Origin: Chiloscyllium plagiosum
Lineage: Eukaryota
Length of the DNA: 64,000 nucleotides
Assembly (NCBI RefSeq): GCF_004010195.1
Contig: NC_057718.1
Span: forward strand, 21,570,844-21,634,843
Direction of reading: 5' to 3'
Below, one piece after another: positions 13,006 to 24,779 of this stretch (position 1 is its first letter; every line of letters begins with the position of its first letter). Both the position numbers and the translations under genes were made by a program. The notes under the pieces are model-generated. The model searched no databases, was not told the DNA's origin, and saw only the letters and a program-made list of their open reading frames with translations.

Positions 13006-13914
13006 TATGTACGTGCTTAGCTGTCTTACTATATGCTTCTTAATTTTTTAATATCTCAAAAGAAAATTCTTAGCTTTAATTTTTTCAAGTATTTAAATCA
13101 TTCATGCATTCCTCTCCCTGTCATTCCAGGAGCTCACTTCTCCTTGAACTTTGCCAGTTTGTGCTCTCCCCAATCCCCACTCCATGGCCTCTGTCTTACA
13201 ATTAATAGCCTTCAGCCATCAAGTCATGACACACTGAAATTCACCTTCAACTGCTTTTCCCCCTCCACTTTCCTAAACCTTTTTGAGACTCTCCTTGAAA
13301 TCCACATTTGACCGTATTTTGACCACTGCTCCTAATATGGCTTTGTTTGCTCATTTTTCTTTCTGATTATATCTCTATTTAACAATATAGTGCATTCTTC
13401 CATGTAAAAGTCACTATGAAAAAGCAATATGCTGCATTTAACAAGATCAAATTGTTGAATGACTATTTAGATTATTGCATTACTATATTGTCATGATCCA
13501 AGCTGATAAGTCATGTCCCAAATTATGGATGATGTTTCATTTTTGCCTTTGGTTTTAATGAGGTGGTCCCTCACTGAAACATAAGCATGCAATGTTGCAG
13601 ATATTTATAAAACAGAAGTTCATTATGCAAAAGAAATGCAGATAAAATAGAATAAACCAAATTTTTGCATATAATGCATGCTCAAAGAATTTGAAATGCA
13701 AGGTATAAATATGTTCCATTAATGCCAAAAGCAGTCCTTCACTGTGCTCATACTACAGAGAATTCCCTTTTTGGTCACCCCTGTAGGCTTTAAGTTGAAT
13801 GTGGCTTCAACTCCCAGTCTTGAAAATCAAATAACCTTTTCCTGGGGCCTTCATACAACTGAACATAAACCTTCTCGGGTTTAAATAAACCTATCAAGGT
13901 ATTAACTTAACACC

Positions 13915-14215
13915 GAGATGGAAGTTTTTGTTGCAAACGTTTCGTCCCCTGTCTAGGTGACATCCTCAGTGCTTGGGAGCCTCCTGTGATGCGCTTCTGT
14001 GGTGTTTCCTCTGGCATTTATAGTGGCCTGTCCCTGCCGCTTCCGGTTGTCAGTTTCAGCTGTCCGCTGTAGTGGCCGGTATATTGGGTCCATGAATTTG
14101 ACTGGGACAACACTACCAATATAGGGCAAGCAAAACAAAGAACAGTCAGGGAATTCCTAGAAGCATGGCACTCATCCACAAACTCCATCAACAAACACAT
14201 AGACCTGGACCCAAT
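13915..14215. mobile_element. Penelope-like element end (GIY-YIG C-terminus) with inversion; hammerhead 13933-13972 (-)
   Basis: REFLEAWHSSTNSINKHIDLDP on +; reverse complement GCA CTGAGGA T GTCACC TAGACA GGGGAC GAAA CG TT TGC. Confidence 0.75.
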
Positions 14216-14584
14216 ATTAGCATGGGTAAAGGATTCATCAATCCTTTACCCATGCTAATATTACCCCACATGCTACGTGCTCTTATCTCGTGTAGCAACC
14301 TTTTCAAAGACCTATTGGAAATCCAAGTATGCCATATCTACATGTTGTCCTTTATCCATTTCACTAAATTAGGTCAACATAAAGCCACGTTGATTATGCC
14401 AGATTGCATAATGATCTTCCAGGCATCATCTAATAATCTCCTGAATAAGGGATTCAAGAAATTTCCGTATGACAGATCGGGCCTAGAGGTCCTTGCTTTC
14501 AATCTTCTTCCTTTCTTGAATAAGGATGTTAAATTAGGTATTTTACAATCTGTTTGGATGCCTCCAAAATTGAAGGAAATTCAA

Positions 14585-15930
14585 TTGGTCCTCACTTTTG
14601 ACCCCACCAATCTCCGTATACAGAGGAACCTCGATTATCCGAATACCAATTATTCAAAAATTGGATTATCCGAAGAAGATCTTGAGGTCCCGATAGAAAC
14701 ATTACATCAAAGACGTGTTTCCAACACTGATCGCGTCTTTTGTTTACAGTGATTAAACAGGCACCATCTCCAAATGACTGACTGCCTGCCCTCTGTCACG
14801 CCCCACACTTTCCCTGGAGTTCTACAGAGGGGTGTATCCTAAACCCCTCTGGGCAGGGGTTGGTGTTGCATGGGATCGGGGGCGGGGTCTCGCGCGCTGT
14901 GTGCTGCTGCAGTCTCCTGAATGAGGAGCAGACTTTAAAAACTCCGAGCCCCAGAGGAAAGTCATTTAATCGATTGACCGAATAATCGATTATCCGAGCA
15001 AAATAGTGCCCGCCCATCACGTTCGGATAATCAAGGTTCCCCTGTACATCGCATCATCCTATACTACTTCCACCACCTGCAAGCAGACCCCACCACTAGG
15101 GATATATTTCCCTCCCCACCCCTTTCAGCGTTTAGAGAGACCATTCCCTCCGTGACTCCTTTGTCAGATCCACGCCCCCCTACCAGGTCACACCCCACTC
15201 CCGGTACCTTGCCCTGCCACCGCAAGAAGTGCAAAACGTGCGTCCACTCCTCTCCCCTCACCTCCATCTAAGGCACCAAAGGGTCCTTCCACATCCAACA
15301 GAAATTTACCTGTACTTCCACAAATGTCATCTACTATATCCATTGCACCTGATGTGGTTTCCTCTATATTGGGGAGACAGGACGCCAACTTGTGTACCGT
15401 TTTGGAGAACATCGCACTAACCAACCCCACCGCCCGTGGCTGAACACTTCAACTTCCCCTCCCACTCCACCAAGGACATGCAGGTCCTGGGTCTCCTCCA
15501 TCACCAAGCCCTAACCACCCAATGCCTGGAGGAACAATGCCTCATCTTCCATTTTGGGACCCTGCAACCACATAATTAATGTGGATTTTACCAGTTTCCA
15601 CAGTTCCCCTCTCCCCACCTTACCCCAGTGCCAAGCCTCCAACTTGGCACTGCCCTCTTGACCTGTCCATTATTTTTCCTATCTATCTACTCCACCCTCC
15701 TCTCTGACTTATTACCTCTCCCCCAACTTCACCTACCTATTGCATTCCCGGTTACCTTCCCCCCGCCCCACCCCCACTTATGTCTCAGCACCCCGGCCCA
15801 CAAGCCTCATTCCTAATAAAGGGCTTATGCCCAAAATGTCAATTTTCCTGCTCCTTGGATGCTGATGTGCTTTTCCAGCAACACCCTCTTCGACTCTGAT
15901 TTCTAGCATCTGGAGTCCTCACTTTCTCCT
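14585..15930 (+). mobile_element. Penelope-like retroelement 3' part (GIY-YIG endonuclease + family A end), interrupted by a MITE
   Basis: LVLTFDPTNLRI, PC.RKKCKTC, FTCTSTNVIYYIHC..CGFLYIGETGRQL; degenerate hammerhead at ~15810-15845. Confidence 0.8.
14621..15044. mobile_element. Tc1/mariner-pogo (Tigger-like) MITE
   Basis: TIRs CAGAGGAACCTCGATTATCCGAA / TTCGGATAATCAAGGTTCCCCTG; TA duplication at 14619-14620 and 15045-15046. Confidence 0.85.
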
Positions 15931-15934
15931 TACT

Positions 15935-16985
15935 AAAATCCATGTAAACCATATTAACTGCATTACCCTGATCAATAAATTGAGTCACCTTTTCAAAAAA
16001 CTCAATTAAATTAGTCAGACAGGATCTCCCTGTTATAAATCTCTGCTTCCTATCCCTGCCTTTCCGAGATTTGATTAATCCTGTCCTTCAATTTTTTTTC
16101 CAATAATTTCCCTACCACTCACGTTGGACTGGTCTATAATTACCTGGTTTATCCCTGCTGTTCTTCTTGAACAAAGAAACCATATTAACTGGCATTTCAC
16201 CTGTGTCCAGCGAAGTATTAAGTCTGTCCGCCAGGGACCGAGCAAACTTCCCCCTTGCCTCTCCATAGCAACCAAGATACATCTCATGAGGCCCTGGGAT
16301 TTTTTGCACCTGAATGCCTGCTAAAACATGTAATACGTTCTCCTTATTAATCTTAACATGTTTTATAACCTTACCATCCCAATTGAAATCCCCAGCGATA
16401 ATGTCTTTCTCCTCTGTGAATACAGATGAGAAGTACTCATTTAAGACCTCACCCATGTCCTCAGGCTCCAGGCACTGATTGCCCCTTTGGTCTCTAATAG
16501 GTCCTACTCTTTTCCTGGTAATATTCTCACTCTTAATATCCGTATAAAACCTTTGGGGTTTTCCTTGATCCGAACTGCCAAAGATATTTCAAAGCCCTCT
16601 TTGCCCTCCAAATTTTCAGTTGATTCTTAATTGTATTTTCTGTCTTCCACATGTCTTAAGCACACATTTTCTTTCCAATGTTAATTTCTACCTCCTTTAT
16701 CATGCAGGGAACTCTGGATTTGTTTGTCCACTAGAGGGAATATACCACAACTGTATCTGAACCACCTGCTCTTTAAAGGTGGCCTATTGTTCCATTACTG
16801 CTTTTCTCATCAGCCTCTTATTCTAATCAATCTTGCTCAAATCTGCACTTTCGCCACTGAAGTCAGTTCTCCGCCAATTAATTTTTTTAAACTCTGGATT
16901 GTTGTGTGTCATTCTGCAATACTATCCTCAATGTCATGATACAATGATCGCTGCCTCCTAAATGTTGCTTCAATGATATTTGATC
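15935..16985 (-). mobile_element. CR1 ORF2 fragment (continues at ~20595-20850)
   Basis: MGEVLNEYFSSVFT, SLFKKNSRDKPGNYRPV. Confidence 0.75.
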
Positions 16986-16989
16986 CATT

Positions 16990-17350
16990 TGGTCCACTTT
17001 ATTTCCAAGAACAAATTCTCCTTCAGGTGGTCACAGTGGGGTTTTCTTTACCTCGGTATTTTTGTTACTCCCACCTTTGACCAGTTACATAAGGCTAATT
17101 TTGCGCACTTGCTTGATAAGATAAGGCAAGATCTTCAGCATTGGGAAGTCCTTCCAATATCCTGGTTAGGTCAAATATCTGTTATTAAAATGAATGTTCT
17201 TCCTTGCTTATGATATCCCGCATGTATGCTGCCTCTGATGTTGCCTAAGCAAATGTTACAAAGACTCAAAGGCTTGCTCTGTTCTTTTATTTGGCATCAC
17301 AGACGGCCTTTCATTAAGCTTGTCAAATTGAAGCTACCTCAGGGGCTGGA
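16990..17350 (+). mobile_element. L1 ORF2 post-RT fragment, inverted relative to the adjacent L1
   Basis: FLYLGIFVT...LLDKIRQDLQHW..LPISWLGQISVIKMNVLP. Confidence 0.75.
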
Positions 17351-18252
17351 AGATATCACATAAGATATTCACTGTAGTTTAATCACTGAACGCCTATTAA
17401 AGTATGCTGTTTAGATTGCCTTCAGCCGGGCCTCAAGCAGATGTTGCTGCTCTCCCTTCTGTTGTCTCCGACTAGCCGAATAAGAAATAATTATACCTCT
17501 TGAGTAGGCCTTGGCAGTCTCCCAAAGCACCAGACGAGTTACTGGCTATGCTCGAATTGATAGCGAAGAACGCTTTAAACTCACTCGAGAAGTACTCAAT
17601 AAATTTGCTATCCTTAAGAATAAAAGGATCCATGCTTGAATGCCGTGAACCTACTCCATTGCCCCAAACCTTAACTTCCAAATACACTGCTGCATGATCG
17701 GAAATGGCTATACTTCCAATTTTACAGGACATCATCGAGTTCAAAAAAGCTAATGGAGCTAGAAATAAGTCAATTCTTGTATAACACTTATGTGGAATAG
17801 AGAAAACGGTCCCTACCCGACGGGTGAAGACCTTTCAAAACGTCCACCAATCCTGGCTCTACATATTAGAGCGCCAATTGTTTAGATTGCGAAGAGGTAC
17901 CTGGGAGACTCTTGGGCATCCTATCTACTGTGGGATCCATGAGGCAATTAAAATCTCCCTCTCAAACAGTGTGCCATGTTCCAAGGGCAATCAATCTAGA
18001 AAGCACATCAGTCAGGAAATTGAGGGCATGTGCTGAGGGCAGTAAACATTTAGAATGCCATACTCCTCACCATGTATTAAAACTTTCAGGATCACAGACC
18101 GCCCACGTTTGTCCTTAATGTGACCTAATAACTGGAATGGGTGATTCTTCTGAATGAGTATGGCCACTCCCCTGCTTTTAGTGTTACAGGATGAAAAGAA
18201 CACCCGCTCAAACTGCCCCCACCCCGTTGCAATTTTTGATGCTCCTTGCGTA

Positions 18253-18592
18253 AAGATTAGATTAGATTAGATTAGATTCTGTACTGTATGGAAACAGGCC
18301 CTTTGGCCCAACAAATCCACGCTGACCCTCTGAAGAGTAACCCAACCAGACCCATTTCCCTACCCTATATTTACCCTTGACAAATGCACCTAACACTATC
18401 GGCAATTTAGCATGGCCAATTCACTTGACCTGCACATCTTTGGATTGTGGGAGGAAACCGGAGCACCCAGAGGAAACCCACAAAGATACAGGGAAAATGT
18501 ACAAATGCCACACAGTCACCAGAGGCAGGAATCAAACGCAGGTCACTGGTGCTGTGAGGCAGCAGTGCTAACCACTGAGCAACTGTCCCGCC
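18253..18592 (-). mobile_element. HE1/V-SINE-type SINE inserted in the L1
   Basis: (agatt)n tail, V-domain and tRNA-like head on the minus strand. Confidence 0.85.
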
Positions 18593-18880
18593 CCAAAGGT
18601 GATTTTCTTGCAACAGAGCAATATCAACCCTCTCCTTTCTCAGACTCGAAAGTACTTTCTTTCTCTTGATCAGTGAGTGACTCTCCTTAATATTCCAGGT
18701 GCACTATTTAAATGAACATTTAGCCATATCCTTCTAAAACAGCCATTGAACCCCTGACAGAAAGAACCCTACTCATAACACACCAAGTGCAAACAACTAA
18801 AGACTCATAGAGCCTAGAAATAGGCATACTAAAACTAACAAAACAAAACTTTAAAAAACTACAGCTATAATAAACCAATG

Positions 18881-19250
18881 TTTGTGAGAAGATTTGTAGC
18901 TCGGGTGCTCGTTGTTGTGGTTCTGTTCGCCGAGCTGGAGGTTTTTGTTGCAAACGTTTCGTCCCCTGTCTAGGTGACATCCTCAGTGCTTGGGAGCCTC
19001 CTGTGAAGCGCTTCTGTGGTGTTTCCTCTGGCATTTATAGTGGCCTGTCCCTGCCGCTTCCGGTTGTCAGTTTCAGCTGTCCGCTGTAGTGGCCGGTATA
19101 TTGGGTCCAGGTCGATGTGTTTGTTGATGGAGTTTGTGGATGAGTGCCAAGCTTCTAGGAATTCCCTGGCTGTTCTTTATTTCGCTTGCCCTATAATGGT
19201 AGTGTTGTCCCAGTCAAATTCATATTGCTTGTCGTCTGCGTGTGTGGAAT
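18881..19250 (-). mobile_element. Penelope-like element 3' end; intact hammerhead 18950-18989 (-)
   Basis: GIY-YIG C-terminus ..EFLEAWHSSTNSINKHIDLDP; 14-bp TSD ataataaaccaatg at 18867-18880 / 19258-19271. Confidence 0.8.
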
Positions 19251-22199
19251 TATAATAATAATAAACCAATGCAAAAAACACATGAAGGGAGATTTTGCCC
19301 CCTGCCCATAGGGGGCACTTCCACTACCTACATACACCTCCATGGCTCCTTCGAGCTGAAGCCACACCCCAAACCCAGACAAAGATTAAAAGATACATGA
19401 ATATTACAAAAAAGGAATTAAAAGTGGGCATTCCACCCATCCCATCCATACATTGACCTCACTTATCATTGGGAAAAAGAATATTCTGACAACACTTATC
19501 AGAATATAATTATAAAGGGAAAGAAAGGGAAAAAAATTATTAAAGGGACAAAACAAAGAAAAAAAGAACCATTATTGTCCGTGTTACTTGAACAATTCAG
19601 TCTATTTTAAAGTGTCCAAAAAATTCTTTGCTTTGTACAGACCCTACATGGCTAAAGTGGACCATCGCCGGGTACCTTATGGAGTATTGGATGTCCAGAT
19701 CCCTCAGTCTCTTCTTTACCTCGTCGAAGGTCTCCCTCTAATGGATCACAGTTGCAGAAAAATCTTGAAAAAACATAATATTTGATCCCTGGTACATCAG
19801 GGCTTGTGGATCCTTCTCCAATGATCTGGAAGTTTCTAACACCTTTTGTTTGCCCCTGTAGAACCGGGATCGCACTACGACCAGGCGGGGGCGCTGGTCC
19901 AACCCAGGCCTGCGTACCGCGACCCGGTGAACTCTACTGATCTGCACCCAACCCACCTCGGCCTCCCAGCCCAGGAAATGTGGCAGCCACTGTTCACAAA
20001 AACTGACTGGCTGATCACCTTCTTCTGCTCCGGTAGCCCAATAATATGGGTGTTCTTTCTTCAACCTCGATTTTCAAGGTCGTTGACCTGCTCCATTAAG
20101 GCCTGTACCTGTTTCTCCAGGGCCTGGATCCGTCCTGCCGCGGTTTCTGATGTTGCGGTCTGCCGCTCAACTTCCTCCATGCGCTGCCTGGGACTCTGCA
20201 TCACCCCCTCATGGCAGAGATCAGTTCCACCCTGGCACGGGTCTCTACCATTGCTGACTCAATCTTTTCCCTAAGTTTCACAAACTCCAAAGCCAGGCCC
20301 TGCTGTGCAGGAAAATCCAGCGGGGTTTCTGTGAAGGTTGAAGCTATGGCCACAGCTGAATCCATTGCTGCAGAGCAATGCCCTGCTTGTTGCGATCCAC
20401 CTGGCCCTTTGCCTTTAGTCATCTTCCCTAATTGCTAAAAAGGATATATAATGATGCCAGTAGCTAAAAACTAACAACTGTTTTCCAAAACAGCTGAGAC
20501 ATGGAGGGTAAAAGCACCACTTCTCCTGAGAACTATAGTGCAGAACTCAGCAAGGCAGACCCGTTAGATCGCCACCATCTTGAATCCCCCAATTGTACCC
20601 TTTTTATTCTGTAGCTCTAATCAAATTGTCTTTATCCTTGAACCTACTGAGATATCTTCCTTCATCAGCATTGCAATGTCCTCCTTAGCCAACACTGCTC
20701 TCCCTCCTTCTTTTCTCCCTTTTCTATTTTGCCTGGAATATTTAATATCCAGTCTTGCCCTTCCTTCAGCCAGCACCACAACATCATAATTCCACATTGC
20801 AATGTGTCTGTAACTTCCCAACCTTATTTATTATATTCTGTACACTTATGCATGTTAACTGTTTTGAACTTCTTTTCTTTCTTCTCTACTCCGGCTTCAT
20901 TTATCAACTTACTATTCTCCATGCAAGTGCCAGCTGTATCCTCTAGTGTTTTGGAAGCCCTGTTATTCTTGATCTTCCTTCAGAGAGCATTGTTCAAAAA
21001 TGCTGTATACTACAGAGTCATAAATTAGAGCTACCATTTTGTGAGGTTAACTCAGCTGCATATCCGAACAGCCAACATGCCTAGCCACCAACGCAACAGC
21101 CCTGTCAGAAGCACAAATTTATAAAGTCTACTTCCATATAAAATAGAAATGGGGGTTTCTGAGCACTTGAAAACCGGATGATTAAAATTTTCATTCGCAT
21201 AATGTTTTGAGTACAAAATGATTTATGTTAAGTTCACAATCCATATATGGCTTCTACTATATTCCAGCCAAAAAGTAATTTTCTGTAAATAACTATTTCT
21301 GAATATTAAAAAGTCAGAGTTAAGTAGAGTAAAGCAGCCTTCGTTAAAGAGAGTGTAACTTTGTTTGGTGATCTACTTTTGTTTGGGAAGAGGACAAACC
21401 GTAATAGCATTTTGTGTTCCTTTGATCATAATGACCCATTACCTGAAAGTACATCAATGACGTATTTCATATCACTTACATTGTGTGCTGGAAAACAAAT
21501 ATGAAATAGATCACCATTCTCTTCTTCCCAAAGATACATTTCCTGTAATTCATTTTAGTATTTGACAACAAAGTATCAAATTTGTACTGCAAAGGAACAG
21601 CAGTCCTGGATGAGATTCATTTGCAAGTAGAATTCTACTGAGTTACAGGAATATTTGAAAAACATGATATGGAGCAAAACGGATGATAAAAAGATGATCA
21701 AAAATGGTGTCAAATCTGACATTCTATAACATTGCACTTTATTGGAATAATTAGACTCAAGATTATTTAGTGTTGTGTTTAAAATTTCCAATGAGACCAC
21801 CTGCATTTACATTCAAATGGTTTGATAAAGGGCTCGACACTTTTTGTTTTGAAAAAACTTATATTTATGTGCAGCCTTTTGTGACCAGGGACATCTTACA
21901 GGGATAAAAGTCCTTTTGAAGCACAGTTACTGTTATACTGTCAGAAACGCATAAAAACTGCCACAATAAAATATCGGCCTAATGTTCTCGAGTATTATTC
22001 TGACAGAAATACTCCTAAAAATTGAATAGCCATTAGTTTGGTTGTGCTGGTTGGAAATTTTATATTATCACAGAAGCTGAAACTCTTTTCAAAATCCTGC
22101 TTTAACTTTGAAAAACCTGTTGAAACAAGCTTCAAGAATTTTGTCAGTTTCTTGTAAAAATCAGAATTTCTGATCCTTTCAAGGCAAAAGAGGAGGATG

Positions 22200-22385
22200 G
22201 AGAAGGCACTGTTGTTGCTCCTTAGTCAACATCTCATGCTAACTGAGGAAGAAATATTGGACAGGATACTGAAAATAATTACACAGCTCTTCTTCGAAAT
22301 GTGCCTTGGGATTTTCCACAGCCAGTTGAGACTAGACAGCCTTTAATTTAATTTTGCAGCAAATATATGGCACCTATGACAACAA
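22200..22385 (-). mobile_element. Ancient DeuSINE-like (SacSINE/AmnSINE Deu-domain) remnant
   Basis: ctcttcttcgaaat.tgcc.tgggat..t resembles the reverse complement of the Deu domain (recalled, not aligned). Confidence 0.45.
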
Positions 22386-22490
22386 TCCTTCTTGGGCCAT
22401 GCTGCGTCAACAGCATGGAAACTACCTTGCCAAACATTCAATTTAGATATGTAGGTCATGTCACTTACAAAAATGATTACAGTATTAGCA

Positions 22491-22779
22491 AGTTTTGAGA
22501 AGGTTTGTAGCTCAGGTTGAGGTTCTGGATGGAGGTTTGCTCACTGAGCTGAAAGGTTCATTTCCAGACGTTTCGTCACCCTACTAGGTATCATCTTCAG
22601 TGGGCCTCAGGCAAAACACTGTACATGATTCCTGCTTTCTATTTGGAAACGCAAACATATAAATAGAAAGCAGGAATCATGTTCAGTGCTTTGCCTGAGG
22701 CCCACTGAAGATGTTACCTAGTAGGGTGATGAAACGTCTGGAAATGAACCTTCCAGCTCAGTGAGCAACCAACATCCAT
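22491..22779. mobile_element. Penelope-like fold-back mini element with two opposed intact hammerhead cores (22564-22603 -, 22702-22741 +)
   Basis: ~115-bp inverted arms; CCA CTGAAGA T GTTACC TAGTAG GGTGAT GAAA CG TC TGG. Confidence 0.8.
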
Positions 22780-23179
22780 GATTGCAAAATCTCCAAGAAG
22801 ATCCTGCATGAGGAACTGTTTTAGAGAAAAAGACTTCAAGATAGTTAGTAGAAATAATAAGGACATGCCAAAAATGAAACTTACACACTTCTACATTTCT
22901 GTTAAGAAAACATTATAGCCAACCACTCTCTATGGAGGTAAATGTTAAAACTTGGTCCAGTTTGTTTCGAGGATGAGCCATGCTAAACCTGCAAACATCT
23001 GCTGCACCCGGAGGAGGTCGGATGTTGTATTGCTGCAGAAGTTGCCTCAGAATGATCAATGACAATATGAATTAACTCTTCTATGGACATGTGTTGCTGA
23101 TCTTACACCGGACTCTTCAGCCCAGATAGGTCTCTCAGTAATCAACTTGAGTTAAATAATTAAATTACGTCCCCACAAC

Positions 23180-24635
23180 TTTCTAGTTCCATCCCAAAGT
23201 GTTGAAGGAGGTGACTATGGAGGTAGTCAATGCATTGACAATCATATTCCAAAGTTCCTTAGATCGTGAAATTATACCTGCAAATTGAAAAGTTGTACAT
23301 GTCACCTTACTAGTTAAGCAAGCAGCAGGGAAAATATAGGCATCTAAAGAATCGTTAGACTTCCATCAGTAGCAGGGAAAATGCTAGAAACTACTGTACA
23401 GGATATGATGAATGGACACTTTGATAAAAACAATCTGATGTAGTATAGTCAGCATGGATTTGCAAATGGAAAATCATATTTGACAAACCTGTTGGAGCTT
23501 TTTGAAGATATTACTAACAAAGTCTCTTTGAGAAAGATGAGTTGATGGACTTAGTATATTTTGATTTCCAATATTTTGTTGAGTCTGCCTCAGGAGTTTT
23601 TTCAGCAAAACTAAAGCACATAGTATAAGAGATACCCACTGACATAGAATAGAATTAAATAACCTTCATTGTCATGTGTACTCCAGTACAGGAGTACAGT
23701 GAAAAGCTTTTACAATGGTTGTCTCTAATGGTGTCACCTTAGGTAAGAGCACCTAGGTACAAATCTTGGATACAAAAGAAGAATAAAAGAAAAAGTGGTA
23801 GCATTACTTGTAGCGACTAAAAAGGTGTTAGAAGTAAGATAGTTACAACATAGTTGAAGGATTGACATTACAATCTGGTAAGGAATACATGGAAAATGTA
23901 TAAAATAGTGAGAGGATGAGAAGTATAGAGGATGTGCAAAGAGACTTGGATGTCATTGTCAATAATTCAGTAATGGACAACATGCAGGTGCAGCAAGCTA
24001 CTAGTAAGACTAATAGAATGTTAGTCTTTATCACAAAAGGATTTGAGTACAGGAGTTGTGAAATCTTTTTTCCGTTGCATACAAGTTTGCTTGGGTTCTA
24101 CCTGGAGTCATGTGTGCAGTTTTGGTCTTCTTATCTGAGACAAGATATTATTGCCTTACAGGGATCTCAATGAAGGTTCAACAGACTGTTCTAGGAAAAG
24201 AGATTGGATAAACTGAGCCAATATTCTCTAGAGGTTTTAAGAATGAGAGGCAATCTAATGGAAATCTACAAAATACTTCAAGGGATAAACAGGGTATATG
24301 CAGACACAATGTTTTCCCTGGCTGGGGATTCTAGATGCAGGGGGCACAATTTAAAAATAAGACAGGTGCCATTTAGGATAGAGATGAGGAAAAATGTTTT
24401 TAATTCAAAGAATGATGAAACTTTGGAATCCTCTACCAGAGAAGATGTGGAAGCTCAGCCTTTGAGTATATTTAAAATAGAGGTCGATCATTTGTTGATT
24501 ATCAATAGCTTAAAGTGTCAGGAGGATAGTGTGGGTAAAAGGCATTGAAGTGTTCCATTAGCCACAGTCGTATTAAATAGTGGAGCAGGCTTAATGGGCT
24601 GAATGATTTAAACATGTATCTATGTCGTATGTTAC
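23180..24635 (+). mobile_element. Degenerate CR1 LINE (RT to 3' tail), interrupted at ~23645-23850
   Basis: QHGF.NGKS.LTNLLE, LESCVQFWS, LMEIYKIL.G. Confidence 0.7.
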
Positions 24636-24779
24636 TAAATCTTTAACAGCTTGGCAGGCTCGAATAACAAGGTATTTACAATATCTGACAAGAGCGTTAG
24701 ACTTGATTTTTGTGCTCAGGCTCTACAGCAGGACTAGAGACTTAGAGATAAGGAACAAGCAACCTCAGGAAATGTATGC

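Larger units (their letters stand above)
17355..20590 (-). mobile_element. L1-clade LINE 5' portion (5'UTR, ORF1, ORF2 endonuclease)
   Basis: 5' end reverse complement GGGGATTCAAGATGG; ORF1 MTKGKG...RVHRV...RPRLVVVR...IMFFQDFS; APE motifs TWNI.G, SRGVAILI, ISDHAAV. Confidence 0.8.

Noticed and set aside
14165..14752. 195-aa ORF
   Set aside because: Chance read-through across Penelope, antisense CR1 and MITE junctions.
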